A stretch of 64,000 nucleotides of DNA from Pseudomonadota bacterium (GCA_043827325.1 JBDRPF010000037.1:8887-72886); one strand, 5' to 3'. Counted from the stretch's first letter, positions 34,872 through 44,240 are shown. The notes: generated from the sequence alone by a model not told the origin. Made by a program: numbers and translations.

Positions 34872-37484
34872 TTATTGGTCGCCCAGATCAAAACTATATT
34901 CTCCGTTTAGAAAGCGTTCGGCCAGGTATGCCACACTCTCTTCTCCGGTCATCAGCATGTCCATCTGACGGGTGTACAGGAGGAGTCGGCCAAGGCAATC
35001 CAGTTTTTCCTCGATGACTTCGGGTTCGTGCTTGCCAAAACGCGCCGTCACCCTGTCTCCCTGAACCTCCACAAGAAAACCCATCTCTTCGAGAATCTTT
35101 GCGATGAGCCGGGCCCGGCGGTTTCTGCGGAGGTCGTCGGCCGCGCCGCCCTTAAATTGAAAGTTGATGTAATTCTTGGTGCTTGTCTTGCCGCAGTAGG
35201 TGTCCAGGATGCTGTAATGGTATCCCACCCGGGAGCTGAAATTGAGATATTTGTCTGAAATAATGGCATAACTCTTGTCGCCGAACCGTTCCGCGGCAAT
35301 ATTCGGAGGAGAAAACATCTGTTCGCTCATTACGGATAAAAATCCCTTCAATTCAACCGGCCTTGGCTCTAAACTTCTCAGGTCGTCCCGCAGCATCCCT
35401 TTGAGCAGCGCATTGAACGGTGCAGAAGTAATGCGATCCACCGTCACTTTGGCCTGCGATGCCGGCGCTTCGATCAGCCCCCCGTCCAGATCGATAATGT
35501 ACAGATCGATGGGGAGGGGCGCACTCAATTTTACGGAAATCTTTCCGTGTCCGGTAACCAGATCACTGATTTGGAATAGTTCGGCGTAGGAAAGTTCATG
35601 GATCAACCGCATGATGTCATGGATCGTCTTGCAGTTCTGTGGCGCAAAGGCCGGCGATTTGGGATCCACAAGGTTCAACGGAACAACCATGTCCGCCATT
35701 TTTCGCAACGTCCGGTATACAGGAGTGTCTTTCATGAAAATGCCCCGTTGCACCTTCATGCCGGCAAGCTCCGGAACTTTTCCCAGATACACGCATCCGG
35801 AATAGGCATCCACCGTCACTTCCACACCGTGTTCAACCCTGGAAGTTGCCCATTGCGTGTTTAAAAGAGCGGGGATTCCAAACTCCCTGGCAAGGGACGC
35901 CATGTGCCCGAGCACACTTCCCGAATCGGTCAGAATGGCCTGCGCCCTGGGCATAACGATAACGTATTGAGGTGACGGATGCGGGGCAACGAGCACACCT
36001 CCCTCTGGAAATGACGCCAGATCGTCTTCAGAGCGAACGTGATGGGCGGGTCCGAATCCCACACCCTGACAGGCCACGTCGCCCTTCTCCAAGAGCAGGG
36101 TGTATCCCGGCAATCGCTTAGGGGTTGCCAATCCGTTTCGGCTGTGTTGCGGCTCGCGCCTCAGCGGCCGGGCCTGAAGGATAAAAAGATTATCGCCGTG
36201 ATCAATGGCCCATTCGATATCTTGCGGGCATTCAAAGTGGGTTTCCAATTTCATGGCGTGCTCGGCCAGGACCCTCATCTGATCTTCCGTAAGGCAGGGC
36301 TGGTTTTGGAGTACGGACTCAACCGGTTCTTCCATGAGATAGCCGTCCTGCCGGGTGGTCAGCCGCACCGGTTTCTCGGAAATTTTTGACTCCAGGAGAA
36401 CAGGCCGGGAGTCCTTTGACAGAGAGTAGGAATCAGGGGTGATAGTACCGTCGACAACATACGGACCCAGCCCCCACACCGCATTGATGATGATGTGGTC
36501 TTCCAGGACATTAAAGGGATGCCTGCTGTACATAACCCCGCTGATCCTGGCCGGAATCATTTCCATGCAGGCCACGCTCATGACCACGTCTTCGAACGGG
36601 ATGCCCATGTGAAACCGGTAAGACATGGCTCGCGGCGTGAACAGGCTTGCCAGGATTTTTTTATATTCCAATATGATTCTTTCCGGCGGTACGTTCAGGG
36701 CGCTCACATACTGACCGGCAAAGGACAGCTCGCTGTCTTCCCCGATGGCGCTGCTGCGCATGGCAATCTTTATGTTCCCCGGGCCGGAAACACTTGCGGC
36801 ACAAAGCGCCGCGTAGGCCCCGGAAATCGCTTTTTCAACGTCCGCAGGGACTTTTGCTTGAAGGAAAAGTCTCTGAATGTTTTCGCTGATGCGGATAACG
36901 GACTCGGTGTCGTTGGCTTTGAGTTCCATTTTTTGCTTTCGGATTTCATCAGTCAAATCGTTGGACCGGACAAACATGTCGAACGCCCGGGTGGTGATGG
37001 CAAACCCCGGGGGCACGGGGATGTTTGCACGATTCATGAGTTCACCGAGATTGGCGTTTTTTCCACCGACAAAATCAACCATTTCTTTTGTGATTCGGGC
37101 ATACGGCAAAACATAATCCAGAACCACGGGCCCGCTCCTGCGTTCCAGCTCCTGTTTGACGGCCTGATGAATATTCTCCAGAACTTCCGCAAGAAACGGA
37201 TATTTGCGGTCGGACAGATTTTCGAAACTGTTGATCATCCGGGCGGCATGGAATATGACCCGGGTGGACTGTGCGTGGATGTAGGACATGCCGAACACGT
37301 CCTGCCCGCGGAGTTTTTCTTCAATATCTGAAATGATTTTAAGGAGTTCCGAGTTCGACCCCAGCAGAGATTTGAAATTGTCGTACTTCTTCCTGAAGGC
37401 ACTCATTGTCTGCTGGCTGGAACGGTGCCGCCGGGGGTTTTTTTTGAACAAGGAATAAAGCAGATCGATCATTTTAAGCATCAA
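34872..37484 (-). CDS. PEP/pyruvate-binding (PPDK_N ATP-grasp) + swivelling phosphohistidine domain protein with an unassigned C-terminal domain of about 300 aa (PpsA-like dikinase)
   Basis: 870 aa with GGKNANLGEL (ATP-grasp) and TDSGSVLGHMASLAREFGIPAL (mobile His domain). I could not see a PEP-utilizer TIM-barrel signature. Its start overlaps the bEBP stop by 11 nt. Confidence 0.7.
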   Translation of the reverse strand: MMLKMIDLLYSLFKKNPRRHRSSQQTMSAFRKKYDNFKSLLGSNSELLKIISDIEEKLRGQDVFGMSYIHAQSTRVIFHAARMINSFENLSDRKYPFLAEVLENIHQAVKQELERRSGPVVLDYVLPYARITKEMVDFVGGKNANLGELMNRANIPVPPGFAITTRAFDMFVRSNDLTDEIRKQKMELKANDTESVIRISENIQRLFLQAKVPADVEKAISGAYAALCAASVSGPGNIKIAMRSSAIGEDSELSFAGQYVSALNVPPERIILEYKKILASLFTPRAMSYRFHMGIPFEDVVMSVACMEMIPARISGVMYSRHPFNVLEDHIIINAVWGLGPYVVDGTITPDSYSLSKDSRPVLLESKISEKPVRLTTRQDGYLMEEPVESVLQNQPCLTEDQMRVLAEHAMKLETHFECPQDIEWAIDHGDNLFILQARPLRREPQHSRNGLATPKRLPGYTLLLEKGDVACQGVGFGPAHHVRSEDDLASFPEGGVLVAPHPSPQYVIVMPRAQAILTDSGSVLGHMASLAREFGIPALLNTQWATSRVEHGVEVTVDAYSGCVYLGKVPELAGMKVQRGIFMKDTPVYRTLRKMADMVVPLNLVDPKSPAFAPQNCKTIHDIMRLIHELSYAELFQISDLVTGHGKISVKLSAPLPIDLYIIDLDGGLIEAPASQAKVTVDRITSAPFNALLKGMLRDDLRSLEPRPVELKGFLSVMSEQMFSPPNIAAERFGDKSYAIISDKYLNFSSRVGYHYSILDTYCGKTSTKNYINFQFKGGAADDLRRNRRARLIAKILEEMGFLVEVQGDRVTARFGKHEPEVIEEKLDCLGRLLLYTRQMDMLMTGEESVAYLAERFLNGEYSFDLGDQ

Positions 37485-39984
37485 GACCTTCCAAAACCGG
37501 AACGTAGCGCGTTGCAGGCCCCTGGCCCACTTTTTTCAACAGCCCTTTTTTCACCAGGTCCTGCAGGTCGTATATGGCGGTTCGCGGAGAGAGATCTCCC
37601 CCGACGATCTCCTGATATTCGCTGCGGGAAATCCATCCCCGCTGCACGATTGATGGATACGCCTTTTCCTGGCGCGGGTTCATTTTTCCCCTGTAATTGT
37701 TTGGAATTAATGGTGTTTTAGGAAGCGGTTGTCGGCTGAAAACGACCCCGGCTCCGTTATCCCGGACAACGGCCGGAAAACCGGCGCCGGGTTCATCGCT
37801 CGCGGCCGGATGCGTCATGCCCCGGCCAGGCGCTTCGGACTCCAATTTGATAGCTTCTGCCTGGATCACGTTTCCTTCCGCCATGACCACAGCCCTGATG
37901 ATACAGTTCATCAACTCCCGGACATTTCCCGGCCAGTCGTATTGTTTCATTTTCTCCAGCGCGCCCCGGCTCAGCCCAAGCTCTCCCTTGCTTGCCATTA
38001 TGGCGGCCTGTTTGAGATAATGTCGGGTCAGGACAGCAATATTTTCTTTCTGTTCTCTCAGCGAAGGCGTGTAGATGGTGATGACTTTGAGCCGGAAGTA
38101 AAGATCGCTCCTGAACACCCCTTGTTCAATGAGCGCCTTGAGATCGGCATTCGTCGCCACGATCAATCTTACATCGACCGATATCTCCCTGTCACGGCCC
38201 AGCGGTTTGATTCTGCGCATGGCGATTGCCCGAAGCAGCGATTGCTGGACGGCGGATGACGCGGTCTGAATTTCATCCAGAAACAGGGTCCCGCCGTTTG
38301 CTTCCAAAAATGCGCCCTTGCGGTCGGTTTTCGCTTCGGTGAATGCGCCTTTGACATGACCGAAAAGCGTGTCCAGCAATAAATTTTCGTCCAGCTCGCC
38401 GCAATTTATGGAGATAAACGGCTTTCCCGACCGATTGCTGTGATGGTGGATCGCCTCTGCCGCCAGTTGTTTGCCGGTTCCGGTTTCGCCGATGATGAGG
38501 ACATCCACATCCGCCTGTGCCGCTTTCCATATATCCGATTTAAGTGCTTCAATTTTCGTGCCAAAACCCAAGATACCGGAAATTTCGATGCCCGACGAGC
38601 CTGTGGAGTGCACCGGAAATTCCTTCTCCAGCGTCGCTTTCTCCTTGAGACTGACCGTTTCGATCTCTTTATCTCTGATCCGGATTTCATCGAGCTGCCG
38701 TTTCATCGTGGCAATCATGGTATTGATGGCGTTCTGCAATACGGTTGTTTCAACGCCGGATCGCGGCAACCGTATCTCTTCCAGTTCATCGGGTTCCCGC
38801 ATGGTGTTCACCGCCCGGGAGAGTTCGAATATCGGCCGGGTGATGAACCGGGCAAATATAAATATCAGCAGGGAAACGACCAGGATCGTCAAAAGCGTGA
38901 TGACGAACATGACATCGATCTGCTTGTAGCCGGCAACAAGGGTCAGCCTGACACGGTCAACATATGCCACGCCGCCGTAAATTACGGGCTCGGCATTTTT
39001 ATCCGGACTAAAGCGAACAGGGGCATAAGAAACGTAGTATTCTTTGATGTCAGACCTGTACTCCTCGTCCCGGAGCTTCATAACATCCCGTTTTCCCTCG
39101 TGGGTATCCCGGACCATTTTCCAGAAGTGGCCGAACACCGAGGCCGGCCTGAAAGCAGACGGCAGATCCGGTCTTCCCAGGGTACCGGTAAATCCGGACC
39201 GCGCCAGATCGGTCGTCAGTTCCTTGTCCGGTTTATCCGGGTCCTCCGACTGGAAAAGGATCCACCCGTCTTTGTCGAAAAAATAGAGATACCGAACTTC
39301 GGGACTGCGCGGGAATGCCCAGATCGGCGATTTTGGGGAATTGTAAACGGACAGGATGTTTCTCAACGTGCGGACGTCCACTGAAAGAATCACATACCCG
39401 GGTTCGCGTCCTTTCCGATCATAGGCAATACCCAGATAGATAACCCGGGAAGATATTTTTCGGTTCGGGTTGGACGGGGATGGAAAGGGGTGCTCCACTT
39501 CAACGATGTTGGATATCCAAACGTCATTTTTACCTAAATTTTTTATTTGGTCATAAAAAAGAAGGGGGTTGGGGCGGACCTCGGAAATTTGTTCCGGGGG
39601 GATCTGCAAGATCTCGTCATCCTTTGCTACCAGAACAATGTGTGATGGGCCTGTTTGCGAAATATACGCAAATTCGCGGTAGGCAACGCCGCCGGCTCGC
39701 CGGGTGTTTGCGAGAAAGTTGCGCATTCCTGCCAGATCAAGTTCATTTTGCGCGACAAACGCGAGATCTTGCCTGCACCGCTCCAGAAATCTTTCAATTT
39801 CGTGAGCAAACGCCAGGGTTTGAACCCTGATGACCCTTTCGATGGCAATGTTGATGAAGTGGCAGGTCACCCGGTAGCTGATGTAGCCGGTTATGGCCAG
39901 TATGGCCACTATTGGCGGAATCAGCCAGACCAGAAGCTTGGTTTTGATGCTGGTCGATTTGAAACCGTTCTTGAATACGGACAT
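37474..39984 (-). CDS. membrane-anchored sigma54 enhancer-binding protein (2 TM + periplasmic sensor + HAMP-like + AAA+ + C-terminal winged-helix)
   Basis: 836 aa with GETGTGKQ Walker A, GAFTEA in place of GAFTGA, and WPGNVREL. The C-terminus LSPRTAIYDLQDLVKKGLLKKVGQGPATRYV is wHTH-like rather than Fis-type. Confidence 0.75.
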   Translation of the reverse strand: MSVFKNGFKSTSIKTKLLVWLIPPIVAILAITGYISYRVTCHFINIAIERVIRVQTLAFAHEIERFLERCRQDLAFVAQNELDLAGMRNFLANTRRAGGVAYREFAYISQTGPSHIVLVAKDDEILQIPPEQISEVRPNPLLFYDQIKNLGKNDVWISNIVEVEHPFPSPSNPNRKISSRVIYLGIAYDRKGREPGYVILSVDVRTLRNILSVYNSPKSPIWAFPRSPEVRYLYFFDKDGWILFQSEDPDKPDKELTTDLARSGFTGTLGRPDLPSAFRPASVFGHFWKMVRDTHEGKRDVMKLRDEEYRSDIKEYYVSYAPVRFSPDKNAEPVIYGGVAYVDRVRLTLVAGYKQIDVMFVITLLTILVVSLLIFIFARFITRPIFELSRAVNTMREPDELEEIRLPRSGVETTVLQNAINTMIATMKRQLDEIRIRDKEIETVSLKEKATLEKEFPVHSTGSSGIEISGILGFGTKIEALKSDIWKAAQADVDVLIIGETGTGKQLAAEAIHHHSNRSGKPFISINCGELDENLLLDTLFGHVKGAFTEAKTDRKGAFLEANGGTLFLDEIQTASSAVQQSLLRAIAMRRIKPLGRDREISVDVRLIVATNADLKALIEQGVFRSDLYFRLKVITIYTPSLREQKENIAVLTRHYLKQAAIMASKGELGLSRGALEKMKQYDWPGNVRELMNCIIRAVVMAEGNVIQAEAIKLESEAPGRGMTHPAASDEPGAGFPAVVRDNGAGVVFSRQPLPKTPLIPNNYRGKMNPRQEKAYPSIVQRGWISRSEYQEIVGGDLSPRTAIYDLQDLVKKGLLKKVGQGPATRYVPVLEGLDA

Positions 39985-40114
39985 GACGTTTAACCCTTCC
40001 GGTTATCCGTTTCTGCGAGTTGCCTTCCATTATTCGCAAATTCTCGCATTTTCATGGGGGTCTTATACAGTAAATCTCGATATCACGCAAGATAAATTTA
40101 TCCTTCTCTTATTT

Positions 40115-40132
40115 ATTCGATTTCATTCGATT
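40115..40132. promoter_or_regulatory. direct repeat ATTCGATT x2 (10-bp register) upstream of the 40189 promoter
   Basis: ttATTCGATTtcATTCGATTga lies 57-74 bp upstream of the -24 box. Related TTCGCAAATTCTCGCA occurs at about 40033. Confidence 0.3.
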
Positions 40133-40188
40133 GATATTACACTAAATTCCCTATGAAACATTGTTTTGCCATATCGCCGTTGACTGCA

Positions 40189-40203
40189 TGGCACGCATCT
40201 TGC
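40189..40203 (+). promoter_or_regulatory. sigma54 -24/-12 promoter (TGGCAC-GCATC-TTGC)
   Basis: Perfect consensus, 71 nt upstream of usp 40274 and divergent from the bEBP gene. There is no TTTTACA palindrome upstream. Confidence 0.75.
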
Positions 40204-40273
40204 TCATTGTTCTAATAACGCAGCCTTCAAGCAAGGAAATAAGGATAACCTGATACAGAAAGGGGGGAGGGTA

Positions 40274-40684
40274 ATGAAAATTTTAGTGGCGATGGATGAT
40301 TCGGATTTTTCACGAAAGGCGCTGGCAAAGGCCATAGCTCTCGCAAAATTTGAGCCGTCAGAGCTGTTTATCTTATCTGTTACGCCTTTTTTGGGCGCCA
40401 TTGATGAGTTGTCGCCCGGACTGATCGACAAATTAAAGGAAAGAGCGGAAAACATCGTGAAAAAAGCGGCGAAAACCGCCCAAAAGGAACGCCTTCAGAC
40501 AAAGGTGTTTACCGAGCAGGGCGTATCGCCAGCAAATAATATCATTCGGCTTGCGGAAGAGAATAAAATGGACCTCATTGTCGTGGGGCATCGCGGAAAA
40601 GCCAATCTGGAAAAATTTTTGCTGGGCAGTGTGGCGTCCCGGGTTATTTCCCACGCATCGTGCTCCGTATTAATCGTTAAATAA
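40274..40684 (+). CDS. universal stress protein (UspA family)
   Basis: 136 aa, KILVAMDDSDFS...VVGHRGKANLEKFLLGSVASRVISHASCSVLIV. GGAGGG RBS. Confidence 0.85.
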   Translation: MKILVAMDDSDFSRKALAKAIALAKFEPSELFILSVTPFLGAIDELSPGLIDKLKERAENIVKKAAKTAQKERLQTKVFTEQGVSPANNIIRLAEENKMDLIVVGHRGKANLEKFLLGSVASRVISHASCSVLIVK

Positions 40685-40714
40685 CAGCGTATGAGAGGAA
40701 ACAAGGAGGGTATC

Positions 40715-41014
40715 ATGAAAATCATTGCAGGAAGAATTATTGCATCGTTGACAGTACTGTATCTTTGGCTGCCGTCAATCGTCCGGGCAGGCGGAGAAGC
40801 GGCCGGTGAAATCGTCGTGGTGGCCGACACGCGTGTTCTTAACAGCGGTATTTTGAAATACTTTTCCGACCTGTACAACACCAATATCCTTTTGTTTGCC
40901 CTGTGGGCCGTGGTGTTGACCGCCGTTTACGGGTGCTTTCTGGGGGTGTTGATGGATATGATCATGTCACGGACCGGGCTTGATCTCAAGAGCAGAAAAA
41001 TTATCGAGCATTAG
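40715..41014 (+). CDS. small membrane protein (signal/anchor + 1 TM), unknown function
   Basis: Start at the ATG at 40715 (MKIIAGR), which has AAGGAGGG upstream. It has a hydrophobic N-terminus and the LLFALWAVVLTAVYGCFLGVLM helix. Confidence 0.55.
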   Translation: MKIIAGRIIASLTVLYLWLPSIVRAGGEAAGEIVVVADTRVLNSGILKYFSDLYNTNILLFALWAVVLTAVYGCFLGVLMDMIMSRTGLDLKSRKIIEH

Positions 41015-41045
41015 GGATAATAAGAAGGATTAAGGAGGTATCAAC

Positions 41046-42095
41046 GTGGAATTCTTAGCAAACACTGATTGGTTGTATCTTTATATGCCCATCTCCGGGG
41101 TCAAGATTTTCTGGCCCGGCCTGGTTTTGATCGGGTTTTCGGTGGGTGTTATCGGGGGGTTTTTCGGCATGGGCGGCGCCTGGATGGTGACGCCGGGGCT
41201 TAACATTCTCGGGTTTCCCATGGCGTTTGCCATCGGAACGGATATCGCACACATTGCCGGAAAATCAATGGTTTCGACCATGCGCCACTCCAAATTCGGC
41301 AACGTAGACTACAAGCTGGGCTTCGTCATGATAATCGGCACCATGGTCGGTATCGAGTGCGGCGCACAGATCATTATGTACCTGGAGCGTCTGGGAATGG
41401 TCGGCTCCGTCGTCCGCTGGGTGTATGTCTTTTTTCTGGCGCTGATCGCTTTCATGGTTTTTTTTGATTATGCCAAAGCGGTTCAGAAGAAAAAGGCCGG
41501 GGAGGTCGGTGAGCACGGCGCGGAAGGGATTACCTGGTACAAAACCCTGCACAAGATAAAGATTGCGCCCATGATGCACTTCAAGACCGCCGGTATCACA
41601 TGCTCGGCATGGCTTCCGATCATGGTCAGTTACTTAACCGGCGTTCTGGCCGGCTTCCTGGGCATCGGGGGCGGGTTGCTGCGCATGCCCGCGCTGGTCT
41701 ATCTGATCGGCACCCCCACCCACATCGCCGTGGGCACGGACCTGTTCGAGGTCATGATCTCCGGGCTGTATGGCGCTTTCACCTACTCGCTGAAAGGTCG
41801 TATTGAAATCGTTGCCGTGTTCGTTATGCTGACCGGCGCCGCCATCGGGGCCCAGATCGGTACCGTGGCAACCAAGTACGCCAGGGGATACGGCATCCGC
41901 ATCGCCTTCGGCATCGCCGTGGTCTGCTGCATGATTTCCGTTATCCTGAAGCAGTTCAAGTATAACATGTCTGCCGCGGTTCTCATTCTAGGCACCATTT
42001 CGCTGATCTGCCTGTACATCATAAAGATCATGTTCACGGGCGCCGCGCAGGAGCTGCGTGACAAGAAAATCGCTGCCGGATTGGCGAAAGTATAA
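41046..42095 (+). CDS. TauE/SafE (DUF81) family anion permease
   Basis: 349 aa with GGFFGMGGAWMVTPG and GFLGIGGGLLRMPAL repeats. GTG start with an AAGGAGG RBS. Confidence 0.75.
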   Translation: MEFLANTDWLYLYMPISGVKIFWPGLVLIGFSVGVIGGFFGMGGAWMVTPGLNILGFPMAFAIGTDIAHIAGKSMVSTMRHSKFGNVDYKLGFVMIIGTMVGIECGAQIIMYLERLGMVGSVVRWVYVFFLALIAFMVFFDYAKAVQKKKAGEVGEHGAEGITWYKTLHKIKIAPMMHFKTAGITCSAWLPIMVSYLTGVLAGFLGIGGGLLRMPALVYLIGTPTHIAVGTDLFEVMISGLYGAFTYSLKGRIEIVAVFVMLTGAAIGAQIGTVATKYARGYGIRIAFGIAVVCCMISVILKQFKYNMSAAVLILGTISLICLYIIKIMFTGAAQELRDKKIAAGLAKV

Positions 42096-42129
42096 CCGGT
42101 TTAATTGAAACCACAAAGGAGAAACAGCC

Positions 42130-42465
42130 ATGAAAAAGAAGGTTTATCTGTCAGCGCTGTGTTTGGCCGTATGTCTGTTCTTCGCGGCGAACGGCAGCGC
42201 CTCTGAGGTTATCCAGGGGAAGTGTCTCGTGTATAACACGGACGCCAAAACAATCAAGATCGAAGAGTTTGACACAAACTTCAGCAAGGACGCGCCCTAC
42301 GGGCAACCGACCGGCATCATCAGTGACGTCGACTGCTCAACGGCGAAAATCGGAATTTTCCCGGAACCCGGAGATATCCTTAGGATTGCATACCGGGTCA
42401 AGGGCGAGGTGAAAGAAGCCATTAAAGTCATGAATGTGTCAAAGCAGGAGTTACGGAAAAAATAA
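42130..42465 (+). CDS. small secreted protein (signal peptide), unknown function
   Basis: 111 aa, MKKKVYLSALCLAVCLFFAANGSASE signal peptide. AAGGAGA RBS. Confidence 0.6.
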   Translation: MKKKVYLSALCLAVCLFFAANGSASEVIQGKCLVYNTDAKTIKIEEFDTNFSKDAPYGQPTGIISDVDCSTAKIGIFPEPGDILRIAYRVKGEVKEAIKVMNVSKQELRKK

Positions 42466-42488
42466 CATCATCCATTTCTACAACCGGG

Positions 42489-42515
42489 CCTGCAACCGGT
42501 ACGGACGGTTGCAGG
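42489..42515 (+). terminator. perfect 9-bp hairpin CCTGCAACC-(9 nt)-GGTTGCAGG after the secreted-protein gene
   Basis: Read directly from the sequence. There is no U-tract, so terminator function is uncertain. Confidence 0.4.
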
Positions 42516-42603
42516 TCGTACCGGGAAGCGAAAGAGCAGGGCATGACAGGATTAAAGGAAAAACATATCAGGCACTGCCGACCCCCGGAGAAAGGAACGC
42601 GAC

Positions 42604-42819
42604 ATGCGCCAGGAAAATAATCGAAAGCAAAATATTGTTTTGATCATGGTTGACACGCTGGTTTTGCTGGAGTTGATGTTCAGCATCTATCTCGGCTATC
42701 AGAACCCGGAAAATATAACGGCTGTTTTCTTGAAAACATATATTCCCGTGGTTATTGTGACCATACTCATCGGAAGGTTTTTTATCAGAAGATTGGGTTC
42801 GGAAGAAGCAAAAGCCTAA
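42604..42819 (+). CDS. hypothetical small 2-TM membrane protein
   Basis: 71 aa with two hydrophobic helices. GGAGAAAGGAA lies upstream. Confidence 0.35.
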   Translation: MRQENNRKQNIVLIMVDTLVLLELMFSIYLGYQNPENITAVFLKTYIPVVIVTILIGRFFIRRLGSEEAKA

Positions 42820-42910
42820 TTACAGGTGCCAGGCGGGTTTTAGGATTTGATAGCGCCTGCTCGAAAATTGTAATGCAATGTTCGGGACAGGGACATCGGA
42901 AGTGCCAAAA

Positions 42911-43315
42911 TCAGCGCCCCCCGTCAGCGCCCCCCTTTTGTGCTGTTTTACTCAAAGCACCCTCGATCGATCGCTTGAGCTTGTCAATATCGATCGGCTT
43001 ACTGAGATGGCCGTCAAAGCCGATCTCTTCCAGATGTTTCGGCTCAAACCGGGCAAGATGGCCGGAAAACGCATAGACAACCGCCTCTGAGTTTATCGCA
43101 CGAATTCTTCTGCACAATTCAATGCCGTCCATGTCCGGCATGAGTAAATCTACGATGATCAGGGGGAATGCTTCTTTCTCCAGGATCCTCAAGGCCGCAT
43201 CCGCATGTTCGGCAAATTCGACATCGTATCCCAGCCGAACGAGCATTTTTTTCATGGATTTCCGTTGAAATTCATCATCGTCAACAAATAAGATCTTCTT
43301 TGAATGTGCCGTCAT
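42911..43315 (-). CDS. single-domain response regulator (CheY-like)
   Basis: 134 aa, KILFVDDDEFQ...DLLMPDMDG...KP. Confidence 0.85.
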   Translation of the reverse strand: MTAHSKKILFVDDDEFQRKSMKKMLVRLGYDVEFAEHADAALRILEKEAFPLIIVDLLMPDMDGIELCRRIRAINSEAVVYAFSGHLARFEPKHLEEIGFDGHLSKPIDIDKLKRSIEGALSKTAQKGGADGGR

Positions 43316-43358
43316 TTATGGATGTGTCCCAACGGGTTGTTGCCCCGGACTAAATATA

Positions 43359-43400
43359 TTTTCTATGAAAGACCTTGGAAGAAAGGTGTTTCATAGAAAA
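43359..43400. repeat. perfect 12-nt inverted repeat TTTTCTATGAAA-(18 nt)-TTTCATAGAAAA
   Basis: Read directly from the sequence. It lies between the stop at 43422 and the response-regulator start at 43315. Confidence 0.7.
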
Positions 43401-43421
43401 CATTCGGGATAATGGATGCGG

Positions 43422-44240
43422 TCAAATCTCTTTTCCATCCGGTTTGATTGCGATGAGGTAATCCGGCGCAATCGGGTCCGCCAGCGGATAGGTGGCATTG
43501 GTGGATTCCGATTCGACCTCCGTCGCAACGATCTCTCCCACCGGCTCCCGGTGTTTGTTCAGAACAACGAGGTGATCCCCGGGACGGACCCCGTGTTGGC
43601 TTCCCAGCCCGAAGACGACCTCCCAGTCGGTCTTTCGCTTGGCCAGTTTGTAAATGGGGCCGACCCCTTCCGACTGAAGGGCTTCAAGCTCTTTCCCCCC
43701 TTCCCGCATGGTAATATAAATACAGTACAGCGCCAGGGGAAAAAGCACCAGTGTCATCCAGAACGGAGCAAACCCGAAATATCGCTGCGAAAGGGAGGAA
43801 AAACTCTTGCGGTAAGCTCGGTCGTTTTGAAAAAGCCGGATGGTGAATTTCGGCGCCTTTTCATCGAAACCCTCGGCTTCCTGAAAGAGGCTGACGACAT
43901 AGTCGCCCTGGGGTGCCGATTTGGCACTTTCCAGCACCCCCCGCCACAGCCTTCCCTTTGCTTCCAGAAAACGGAGTCGAAAAAAATCGTATTGCGGCGT
44001 GTAGGTAATGATTTCATCGTACGGTGTGCGGTTGGGCTTTGTCCCGGCAATCTGGGTATAGTACTTGACCCGGTTCTCATCCACCGGTGCGGTCAACTTT
44101 CCGCTGATATAGACCGGGTTGCCGGCAACGGCTTTAAAGGTGTATTTGGAACCGGTGACGACCATGATCAAGGTGTCGAGGATGGACAGAGCGAGCAGAA
44201 TGAGAACAAGAACCGCAACTTTTCTGTTAGGCAAACTCAT
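43422..44240 (-). CDS. hypothetical membrane protein (N-terminal TM, periplasmic region, central TM, cytoplasmic beta-rich C-terminus)
   Basis: 272-aa ORF in line within the kinase operon. No recognisable motif. Confidence 0.5.
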   Translation of the reverse strand: MSLPNRKVAVLVLILLALSILDTLIMVVTGSKYTFKAVAGNPVYISGKLTAPVDENRVKYYTQIAGTKPNRTPYDEIITYTPQYDFFRLRFLEAKGRLWRGVLESAKSAPQGDYVVSLFQEAEGFDEKAPKFTIRLFQNDRAYRKSFSSLSQRYFGFAPFWMTLVLFPLALYCIYITMREGGKELEALQSEGVGPIYKLAKRKTDWEVVFGLGSQHGVRPGDHLVVLNKHREPVGEIVATEVESESTNATYPLADPIAPDYLIAIKPDGKEI

